Shown here in pieces: positions 53,028 through 64,000 of a stretch of 64,000 nt of DNA. Each line of letters begins with the position of its first letter. The first letter of the stretch is position 1. This stretch comes from Octopus vulgaris. Lineage: Eukaryota. Below the pieces are notes generated by a model. It was not told where the DNA came from. It was given only the letters and a program-made list of their open reading frames with translations, and ran no database searches. The position numbers and the translations under genes are program-made. Location: positions 35,340,001-35,404,000 of the forward strand of contig OX597825.1 in assembly GCA_951406725.2 (NCBI GenBank), in the 5' to 3' direction.

Positions 53028-55064
53028 TGACGACGACGACGACGACGACGACAATGATGATGAAGACCACAACGATGACGAAGACAATGACGATGACGTC
53101 GATGATGATAATGAGGAGGATGGGGGTGCGGATGGTGATGACAATGATGACGACAATAACGATGACGACGACAATTATGATTATGACTATGATGACAACG
53201 ACGATGATTATAACGACGATGAAATTAATAAGAATAATAACAACGAATAAAAATTAAAATGCACAAAATATAATACATAATCATGGAACCGTTTCTAACT
53301 CCTTCCACTATTTGCCTTCTTACTCAACTATTATCGATTTCTTATGCAGACTATTGATTTCTTTCATAGTCACAATTTTTCGTACAAGACAACGTTCGTC
53401 TGCGGAACATTTCCATTTTGCTTCGCCAAAATAAGTAAACAACAATAACAGTGATGATGATTTCATCATACTCAGGTATATGCCGTTATACGTTTGCACC
53501 ATTCTCAATAAACGACAGGTCGCGAATCTAAGAGGAAAGCTCTATAAAGCCGTTCGAAATGTAGGAAATATCAGTTAAAACTTATTCAAATCATATCTTT
53601 CAGATGTAAAAATTCGGTAATACAGTACGAAATCAATAGTTGTCAGTTGTCAGTTGTATTTTATTCATTGTGATGCAGTGGAGATCAAACTGGAAATTAC
53701 TGGAGCAAATCGGGTAGAAGTATATTCAAAGCTGTACTTTAACATTAAAACTGTTTCATAAAAATATAAAAGTCTATTCTTCATCTCATTTCATTGATTA
53801 TAAAATTAATAAGACGTTTGCAAGACGTTCAAACATGTGTTATTTCTAGTAATATAATTGATAGAAAACTAGTTTACTTTAATAAATGATTATTTGAAAG
53901 ATAAAAGCACGCATAAGCATTTGATTTTTTTCTTTATTTTGCTGAAGTTATAAACAAGAGCCACAATGTTGTTAGACTCATTAGTCTGGAGTAGCTATGG
54001 CTGAGAAGGTACAACTATGTCGAAACAACGGTCGTCCTAAATTCTCCTTATGCTAATGAATTGGTTGTGTTATGAAAATATATTCGTTTGTAGGAAGTTG
54101 ATCTCCAGTGACGAAATACAACAGCGATTAGCATATTTACGTTCGAATATACCGGAACGTTTTAAGAATGAATCAAAGCAAAAGAGGGTTCTTTGACGGA
54201 AACGAAAAGCGCCAATTTGGTTATTTAAAAACGTATCTAATTTTGACAAACTAGCACAAAAAATATTGATGTGCCTTTGCAATTGTAATTGGTTTTAAAT
54301 ATCTTATGTACCTCCATGTTTTGTAAAGAACTTTGCAAAACAGTTAACACCTTTGATACTCTCTAGACAGAGTATATTTTTGTTTTGGAAAGAGTAATCC
54401 TTCTAAAATTCTTTCATAAATATATATACAATTTATTGCATGGTAAAAATAAAAGTAAAATTTTGAAAACAAAATCATTATAAAACTCAATGAAAATGTT
54501 ACGAAATGAATCCCTGTTAAGATAACGACGATTTACATATCTATTCTTAATACGTTCCGGTTTATTCAAGCGTAAATATGTTAGTCATACTTCATGGACA
54601 TATTGTTACTTCAACAATATGTCCATAATATGCTCGGTTCATTGGTGCAAAGTATTCTGGGACCTCAGTTTTTCGGGATGTAGTATCTCGTCACCCAGAA
54701 GTACTGCGACTTTTGAGCCAAAACAAGTCAATGGATTTGTTTATTATTTCAGCGAACAAATTGATTGCTAATCAGTCTTGATATCTACCAACCAATTAAA
54801 AATTATAATTTCCACTATGTACAGCGACAATTTAAATGATGATTTGCATATTTATTTTTGATATATTCCAGTAGATTCGGACGCAAATATGCCTGTCAGT
54901 CTTGTGTACGTAATAGTCTTAAAGTGAAGATCGAAACTTATTGAAATCAGAAAAATATAGTGACATATTAATAACCACCTCGTCAATGCACTGTAACATT
55001 AAAGTTAGAAAAAAAAGTTGCACACAGTTCTTTCATTTTTTTTTCAGACAATAAAGAGAATTTA

Positions 55065-55277
55065 CAAGAGGTTGCTGAAAAGTTCCTTTAAGGATATCGC
55101 GAAAGGGCTTGTTGGAGACCCAAACTTTTGAATTCTTTTACTGGGCTTAGAAAAACTGAAGGACAGTTGCAATAAATGTGTGAATCTGAGAGGGGATTAT
55201 GTTGAATAAAATCATAATTAATTGATTTCCCTTTATTTCCTTTTACCCAAAGCCAAAAACTTTTCAGCGCACCCTCG
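55065..55277 (+). mobile_element. Mariner-derived MITE retaining the transposase C-terminus
   Basis: TA-flanked TIRs GCTGAAAAG / TTTTTCAGC; encodes GLEKLKDSCNKCVNLRGDYVE*. Confidence 0.88.
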
Positions 55278-55543
55278 TATTTTATTGTGTACCAGTTAAA
55301 ATCTGACTAGTATCAGTTCTTTGCACCTTTGTTGTCAAATGGTTCAAGATATACAGTAAAGAAGCAAATTAATTAATCGATTGATTAATTAGCTCGATGT
55401 AATCAAACTTAAAAAGTATTGGCAGCTGAAAAAAATCAATATTTGGCAAATAATTAGTATCTTTAATATTTTTGTTAAAATAACACAATATCTTATCTTT
55501 TATATCTATACACATACACGCACAAACACATATGCACACACAC

Positions 55544-55797
<254 letters not shown>

Positions 55798-56471
55798 ATA
55801 TATGTATATATATATATATATATATGTACAGAGAGACGTAAAGACAGGCAGACAGAAAGAAAGATAGATAAATAGATAGATGGATGGATAGATAAATATT
55901 GACCGAATTGGCAGGGCAAGAGAGCATTGTCGACTGTACCATAATTGTTTCCAGAAGCAGAACCGTAACCAATACAGTACGTGATGTTCATACAAAAGGA
56001 CTCATTTGGATAATAGAAGAGTCGCTATTCCCATCCAATCTCCATTATATGTACATAATATACATACATACATACATACATACATACATACATACATACA
56101 TACATACATACATACATACATACATAATACATACATACATAATACATACATACATGTATATATATATATATATATGCATACATGTGTATATGGGTATATA
56201 CATATGTAATGTATATAGGCATGGATACACATAAACACACAAATACTTGTCTATCTATGTGTGAGTGCTTGCTTATGAAGAGTTTTTTTTGTCTATACAA
56301 CGATTTATTCGCATGTGTTAGCTTTATTCTTTTAGGAATTTGTTTCTATGTATGTGTGTGTATATATATGTATATAAGCATACATGTGTGTATATGTGAA
56401 TATATATGTTTTTGCGCGTGTATGTATGTGCGTGTGCATGCGTATGTGTGTAGGTGTGCATGTGTGTGTGT

Positions 56472-56536
<65 letters not shown>

Positions 56537-57333
56537 TAGTTCTGTGTATAATACTTAAGTCAGATACACTGTAGAAAGACTTGAAACTGCAATATTCGTC
56601 TCACGAAAGGATTTCGTATAGATATAAAATGCTAAAGATACAGAAATAAAAATAGCTGACCATAACTGTCTCGCATCGACGCAGTGGTGATGGAATACTC
56701 GAATACGCGTATTTAGTTTTGTTTTTTTTTTTTTTTGAATGCCATCAATAACAATTATTTATTAGCGACCACCTGCTAAGACAAATTTAACCTTTATTGA
56801 TATAGGAAAAAATAAGTGATTAACAAATCACTAACCACAATTAGCTGGTAGGGTGGATAATATTCGTTATGAGCAATGGAAGTGGTATTAGTTCAGAATA
56901 GCATTTTGTATACTATTCTTATTCAGATATACTGCAGAAGGTCTTGAAACTGCTTTCAGGGTATATTTCTCCTTAGAGAACATGTATGAAAACATATTTG
57001 GATTGTGAATGCTCTCATCAGATCGAGGAACCCACAAGTGTCTACGTTATTATAAGTCATCAACTGCGAATGTGGAGTGTATGAATTCTGTATTCAAGAC
57101 TGATGTTGCATTAACAATGCAATGTAGAAACGCATGCGTCACGCGATCCCATGAAGCTTTTCACTCAAGTTGTCTACGAGGAGAACTTTCTCTTATGACT
57201 ATTTCCACAGCAAAATATCTTCTCGCGTTCGAATCTATACCAACGTGTAAATATCATTGCATACATGCACACACACACACACACACAATATATATATATA
57301 TATATATATCACATATATATAAATATTTATATA

Positions 57334-57395
<62 letters not shown>

Positions 57396-57408
57396 GTACA
57401 TACATATA

Positions 57409-57440
<32 letters not shown>

Positions 57441-57443
57441 TGC

Positions 57444-57498
<55 letters not shown>

Positions 57499-57629
57499 TG
57501 CGCGTGCGTGCATGTGTATAATATCAATGTTTATTCTGACGCTGATGTCACAAATGGCTAGTGGGCATATAGAGAAATAACTAACAGCGGCAGAAGCAGT
57601 ATGAACACTAGAAAGGTACTCACAAAGAT

Positions 57630-57748
57630 ATGGGCGGCCCAAGGCTATAGTTGAACACACGTGTCCAAAGTGCTACACAGTCAAACTAAACCCGGAACCA
57701 TGTGATTGAGAAGATGACTTATTACCACACAGCCATGCCTACGCCTGC
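57630..57748 (-). mobile_element. SINE family A head fragment
   Basis: GGCTATAGTTGAACAC...CCCGGAACCATGTG...TACCACACAGCCATGCCT. Confidence 0.7.
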
Positions 57749-59717
57749 ATAGAGACAGGGTGCTTATGTGTATCTTTTTATAAAATCTATAAATATACTC
57801 TTTTGCTTTTATAATAACGTTTACATGACAATTGATTTCTGCAACTGTTTTTTTTTCTCCGCAGATCTTTAAGCTTCGTCTGATGTGTTTATATTTTTTC
57901 AGAAATTTTTACACGGACTTTCCGTCAGTTTTCTTTTATTTAATAGGTAAACTGCATCCTATAAATCACTTAGACTTCTTATATATTTTGAGCTTCAAGA
58001 CTATACTTCCTACGGGTTGCAATGTACCGTTTTCTGATCACTACATCATTACTTGTGGGTTTTTAATATCGTGATGACATTTTCAGACAGTATCTTTTAG
58101 ATGAATGAATCTTAGATTTCTTCTAGATTTACGACATCCTGGGTTAATCATTTTTCAGTTACTCTCTTCTGAGACGGAGCGTCTCGCTAATAGCTTTCAA
58201 CTCGGGTTTCAGAATCACATATAAATCTATACTAGTGGCCAACTTTTCATTTTTATTTTTCAGTTTTTGGCAATGAGGAGTGTTGTTTGCATTTGATGAA
58301 TATCACCTGGTAGCTGATAATCTGCCGTGGACCAGAGATCATTTTTACTGACTTCCAAATCTACGATTACATTTTTTTTTTATTATATTGCCTTTGTTTA
58401 ACGCTTGACTTCTAGTGCCATTACTCAGATGTAAATATGTTCGGTTGTTATTGTTAAATACTGGCAGCATTGACTCAGTGGATCGCTTATCAGCCCTAAC
58501 GACTTATCGGTTTTGCTATGGGAGTTTCAAAAACAAAGTAGTCTTTTCTTGAAACATTTTATTAAGAAGACATACCAGTTATTTATATCTCCCATTCCAT
58601 AATACATATAATTACTGTGGTTACTGCTTTAGTCATAGGCGAGGCAAATATCGTGACAGTCGGGTCTGGTTTATTGCACACGTAGACCCATACATACTCT
58701 AGATATATGTATTCGGGAAATATGTCTGTTTACTATTATTTGTGCATTGTTCCCACTTTGAGAAATGAAATTACAATCAACAATCTTTCTGTTGTGTTTA
58801 AGCAATATCGTTTTCTATAATAATTGTTTTGTCGTGAAATAATTTAGCTCAGGGCGAAGTTCGACCAAGTATAATTTCATTCTATTCAGATAAGCAACAC
58901 AAGGATGCGTTTTTTTTTCCTCTTTTAACTATTGAATAGCTTCGACGTAAGTCATTACCATGTTTACAACACCAAGAAAAATGCACTTTATAACTTCGAT
59001 TTCTTCTCTAACTCTGACTAATAGCATTCCGTTTACCTTTGTCGATGTTGTTTTTTCATCGATTCTTTCCAATTTTGTCCATTCTGCTGTCATTTCAAGC
59101 TCTGTTATTTTTTGTGATTCTTCGCATGACCAATTCATATTTAAGACAAATATTGAAACGAACACGAATAAATGAATGCGATCCGAAGAATAACAAATCA
59201 TTTAACAAGGTAGATAATGGGGGCATTAATGTTCAAAATGGTCATCATCGGACATAAATAGATAGTCCCTCATATTGATCACATAATGTCTTATATATGT
59301 GTGTATATACAGATGCTTGTATGTCTATACGTGTATACAAGTACATGCTATAGATTAAAATTTTATAATTCTTGAAATATTTTCACAGTTCGGTTCATGG
59401 TTTGTAGTTGTAATTTCCTAAGGAGCTGCACCCTTCCTAGTTTTGTGGAGTAGAACTTCTCAAGATTGATACTAACACGGGTAGATATGAAACAACGTTC
59501 CTCTCTAATCAGAAATCTAAATCGAAAACTATAGTCCGGGAGTAGTACCGTTAGATTTCTCTTTTAATTTGATGTAGATATTTCCCTTTTCTTTTATGTC
59601 TAACATTTTGATATTTAATATTAACGATTGCTGAACAACTGAATTTTACTGTAGTGCGCACCTTCTGTTCTCCGTCCTGTGCCATTGCATCATGCCTGTT
59701 GTGCCTACAGTTTGGAA

Positions 59718-60102
59718 GGAGGCGCAATGGCCCAGTGGTTAGGGTAGCGGAAACGCGGTCGTAGGATCGCGGTTTCGATTCCCAGACAGGGCGTTGTGAG
59801 TGTTTATTGAGTGAAAACACCTAAAGCTCCATGAGGCTCCGGCAGGGATGGTGGTGATCCCTGCTGTACTCTTTCACCACAACTTTCCCTCACTCTTACT
59901 TCCTGTTTCTGTTGTACCTGTATTTCAAAGGGCCAGCCTTGTCACTCTCTGTGTCACGCTGAATATCCCCGAGAACTACGTTAAGGGTACGCGTGTCAGT
60001 GGAGTGCTCAGCCACTTACACGTTAATTTCACGAGCAGGCTGTTCCGTTGGTCGGATCAACCGGAACCCTCGTCGTCGTAACCGACGGAGTGCTTCCACT
60101 CC
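59718..60102 (+). mobile_element. Full-length tRNA-headed SINE with 11-bp TSD
   Basis: A-box TGGCCCAGTGGTTAGG, B-box GGTTTCGATTCCC, and TSD ACAGTTTGGAA at 59707-59717 and 60103-60113. Confidence 0.92.
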
Positions 60103-60162
60103 ACAGTTTGGAAAGAACACTCCAGCAGTATTCATTCATATAGGTGAGCATATCCGCTGCAT

Positions 60163-60414
60163 CAACGGTACCCAACCTTTTCCCACCACGGACCGGGGAA
60201 TCTCGCGTATAACAAAACAATTAAGTGCATTATATATAATTGAATTATTACAAATATAAAACATATATATTACATATGTAATACATGTATAATGCAAAAA
60301 CACTTTGAAGTTAATGAAATAAAAGTAAAATTTAAAAATTAATTAATGCGGTCCGGTGCCTAGTACTGGTCCACGGCCCAGTACTGGTCTGCGATCCGAT
60401 GGGTGGGGACCGCA
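60163..60414. mobile_element. hAT (Charlie-like) MITE
   Basis: Ends CAACGGTACCCAACC / GGGTGGGGACCGC with repeated GGACC/GGTCC subterminal motifs. TSD not resolved. Confidence 0.6.
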
Positions 60415-61070
60415 TATATTTTGAGATTCAGCACCATTTGCGTTGTATATTGTTTTGGTTACTACATATATAGCACATAGGTCGATATTAATGTGTAACA
60501 TGTTCGGTCTAAGTCCCGCAGTCATATCTTTGCTGTTAATTCCATAGAATCAGCAACGTCTATCATATACAAATGTTTCACTTGCATCCACAGTCATTTC
60601 TGCATTCTATTCTTGGATTGCAGGAGCATATACTTCAATGCAAAAGCTAATATAACGATTGTTGGTTCAATATAAACTACTTTTCTATTTTAATATCTTT
60701 CTGAAGATTTCTGGCAATATTGATATGCATGGGATTGTGTTGAGAAACAGAAATTCATTGTTTTCTTAATCTGTTGCGGTGAAACTGTGAAACTTCCCTG
60801 GATGTGTATCTATGATGATCAGTCAGTCACATCCGAGAAAACTCTTTCCAAATCTCATGATGTTATTTCCCTCGAGCTTGGAGAGTTGGTCCATGAACGT
60901 GCTTCGGCAACGAGCGCTTCAGAGGATTCGTAGATAGTCAAAGGCTGCTTGCGGCGGGGTTAAGCCGCTCCTTCTGTTTTTCGTTTTTTTTCCAAAACAG
61001 ATTGAAAAAGACTATATCACTATTGGAAGAGACAATGGTGAGGGTTAATATGTCTCCAAGTTTCAACTTC

Positions 61071-61925
61071 TATGTATGTATGTATGTATGTATGTATGTA
61101 TGTATGTATGTATGTATGTATGTATGTATGTATGTATGTATGTATGTATGTATGTATGTACGTACGTACGTATGTATGTATGTATGCACGTATGTATGTA
61201 TGTATGTATATACGTACGTACGTATGTATGTATGTATGTATGTATGTATATACGTACGTACGTATGTATGTATGCATGCACGTATGTATGTATGTATGTA
61301 TGTACGTACGTACGTACGTACGTACGTAAGTATGTATGTACGTACGTATGTATGTATGTATGCATGCATGTACGTACGTATGTATGTATGTATGTATGTA
61401 TGTTCGTACATACGTACGTATATATGTTCGTACCTACGTACATATGTATGTATGTTCGTACGTACGTATGTATGTTCGTACGTACGTACATATGTATGTT
61501 CGTACGTACATACGTATGTATGTATGTTCGTACGTACGTATGTATGTTCGAACGTATGTTCGTACGAACGTATGTATACGTTTGTGTATGTATGCATGCA
61601 TATATGAATGTATGTATGCATATATGTGTGTGTATGTATGTGCGTGTATGTATTTGAGTGTATGTATGTCTGTGGGGGGGATGTGTGTGAATAGACTTGT
61701 TTATCATTTCTGCTTTTCGTCTCTCCAGGAAGACCATGATTTCTTCCAGAAGTTTGAAATATTAAAACAAAATACAATTTAAATACATATACCTACATAC
61801 ATACGTATGTACGTATGTACGAACGTATGTATGTATGTATGTATGTATGTATGTATGTATGTATGTATGTATGTATGTATGTATGTATGTATGTATCTGT
61901 GTGTGTGTACGTATGTATGTATGTA
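61071..61925. repeat. Complex tetranucleotide array (TATG/TACG/TTCG/TACA)
   Basis: Seen directly; interrupted at about 61680-61790. Confidence 0.95.
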
Positions 61926-62434
61926 TACAAACTCATTCGAGGTCTGTGCATTGAATACTCAGCGCTAGACTAGGGGAAGATTTGCTCACGGCAAATGCAT
62001 TTTATTCTCTATAGCACAGTGGTCCATCGCAAAAGTTACAGTTCACTACAGTAAGCAGTAGAAGTGTCGCATCATAAAATTCCTGTTGTGTTGAGATGTA
62101 ACAGCAAGAAGTGCTTTCGAAGTGAAAAGTATTTCGTAAATCTATCACCTACACCCCAGATTGTACTTGAAAGTAAATAAATCTCACATCCGTGCCACCA
62201 ATGGGAACAATGAAGTGAGTAGCTGAGTGAATAAAGTTTCGGATTACTGTCTCATGAGACTCAGTATCTCTTAACAATAAAGAAGATAATGTTTTTATAG
62301 ATAGTCGCGGCTTAAATATACTGAATGTTGGAGGAAAAACAATACATACATACATACATGCATACAATGTTGTTATATGGTTATGAAAAGGGGGAAAACT
62401 ATAAACCAGACTAGCAACATCTCCATCAATGATA

Positions 62435-63548
62435 CCCCTATATCTGACGATAAATGTTACAGGTATGTAGGGGTAGTTAAAACATATCTTACAATGGCAC
62501 CTGTAACAAAACACGTGTCACTAAAGAATATTACAGCCGAATAAAGAAAATTTGAACCTCAGAATTTGAACCTCTCTGCATTCAATAAAACAGTGGCCCG
62601 CAATGTATTTGCAGTGCCAGTACTCATATCAACATTTGGGCTACTTGATTGGATGAGATTCGAGCCATTGATGTGAAAACCCGAAAAATACTAACAAGCA
62701 CACATAATTTCCACATAAACAGTGACGTAGGCCTCCTCTAACTAAAAGGAAAACAAGGTGGCAGGGGTTTGACATCGATCCAAAATGCCTTTGAATGTTG
62801 TATCATATCCTTTCGGCAACATCTTTTAACCACCAAGTGTCGAGGGGGATCCCTTGACCAAGTTTGCATACATGAGGTAGATAACATCACAAAACTTGGA
62901 AGGCAGCTCCTTGAACAACATTCTTTGTCTGATAACCAAGAATACGTGCTCAAAGAAGTCGCACGACTCTACGGCAACGTATCATCAGATGAAAGGATGA
63001 GCCTATATGAGCAGAAGACTATACATGGATATGTTAGCAGAAAGCTTTGAGATGATAGTAACATTGACCATCAAAGCAGTCGATTTCTACCTCCCACTTT
63101 GAAGGGTACGCGTTTGCAATCCAAGGAATATCAACCAAGTACCTGATGCACAAAAGGGATAGAGATGAAGGAAAAGCAGTAAAATGTGACAACTAATGCA
63201 GACTTTGTGGAGTTAACACCGGAGATATCACCCGCATCATAAGCAGGTGTCATCACGGTATTATCTACCGATGAGATATGAGGTTATAACTAGGACACTC
63301 TGTAATGAAATCCTTCAGAAGGATAACCCTGAGGACAAAGAGATAAGAACTCACAGTATGGTAGAAGCCACAGTCATTCATAATAAAATGGAGTACTAGT
63401 GGAATGTCCCAATGAAGACCTCAATAAAATGTAAGCACAACAAATGTAATATAATGATTTGGGATAGAGAAGAGAAATTGTGTACAATTGTGGGAATTAG
63501 CTGCTCAGCAGATGTTAACAAAGCTGAAGATTAGCCAAAAAGAGAATA
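62435..63548 (+). mobile_element. R4/Dong-type LINE fragment (subfamily 2)
   Basis: FAVPVLISTFGLLDW, GGRGLTSIQNAFEC, TSHFEGYAFAIQ, CRLCG, GISCSADVN; homologous to 16000-16740. Confidence 0.88.
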
Positions 63549-63549
63549 C

Positions 63550-64000
63550 TAGGCCATCCCGTGCATTCCTCTCTGAATATGTCCTCATATCGTCTGTAAT
63601 ACGCGGTAAAGGTAGTTCTTTCATCCGGTTTGTACTGAAATTCTTCGATGGGATTTGCAACACTGTCCGTTGAAAATGATTCTGTCGTATTTCTCGACTG
63701 AAGTAACAAATCTGTTAACTTCTGTAGCTGTTGCTGACGCTTCTATTGTTGTTTTACGACTGGTTTCAGAAACTCTTCCATTTCGGTATTATTTTCAGTT
63801 TCAATATTGTTCGAATCCTCGGTACTGTTCGAAACCTCGACGCCACTGTCGTATGAGTGGCGATATTGTCCTCGTCCTCGTCGCCACTGTTGTATCGCAG
63901 GTTCGACGTACGATATAACGGGATAATAAATAACGTCGTCGCAAATCGCTCCACTCAAGATAAAAAATACTTGTAATTACATTCGACGATTCGCAATTCT
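63550..64000 (-). mobile_element. Ty3/gypsy LTR retrotransposon 5' end: LTR end, PBS and truncated gag
   Basis: LTR-like ...TACAACA ends at 63888, then G TGGCGACGAGG. Gag starts at the ATG at 63781: MEEFLKPVVKQQ*...SVANPIEEFQYKPDERTTFTAYYRRYEDIF, with one in-frame stop. Confidence 0.8.

Noticed and set aside
53995-54040. Hammerhead-like CTGAGAA...GAAAC...GTC
   Set aside because: The core deviates from CUGANGA, stem II is mostly wobble pairs and stem I does not pair. At best it is a dead relic.
59718-59795. tRNA gene
   Set aside because: A and B boxes are present, but the sequence continues into a SINE body with a TSD and forms no convincing cloverleaf. The same applies to the other SINE heads.
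60945-60990. GC hairpin (GCGGC/GCCGC) followed by T-runs as an intrinsic terminator
   Set aside because: Eukaryotic context, a short stem and no associated transcription unit.
61002-61782. Long MYVC/HTYI ORFs here and throughout the window
   Set aside because: They are translations of (TATG)n, (CA)n and (TA)n microsatellites.

Overview
This is a repeat-saturated eukaryotic window. The SINE families, the abundant R4/Dong LINEs and the microsatellite load point to an octopus-type cephalopod, which is inference from memory and was not checked by search. I found no credible host protein-coding exon, rRNA, true tRNA gene or CRISPR array; almost every ORF in the track is a translated microsatellite or a decayed transposon. 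Retroelements: one near full-length R4/Dong-type RLE LINE (33961-38169) between (TAA)n arrays, about ten further Dong-type fragments, two APE-type LINE fragments, a Penelope-like ORF fragment, a Ty3/gypsy LTR-PBS-gag end, and many tRNA-headed SINEs of at least four designs. DNA transposons: a Tigger/pogo pseudogene, two mariner relics and several MITEs. The best find is a 340-bp near-perfect palindrome (22594-22933) in which each arm carries a minimal Penelope-type hammerhead ribozyme, one per strand, nested in the internal microsatellite of a SINE. Also notable are repeated SINE insertion into the same target site at two loci, a fixed dimeric SINE, a (TAA)n cluster that has collected several retroelements, and a duplicated, hairpin-forming gypsy primer-binding site. 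Boundaries of old elements are approximate because they were read by eye.
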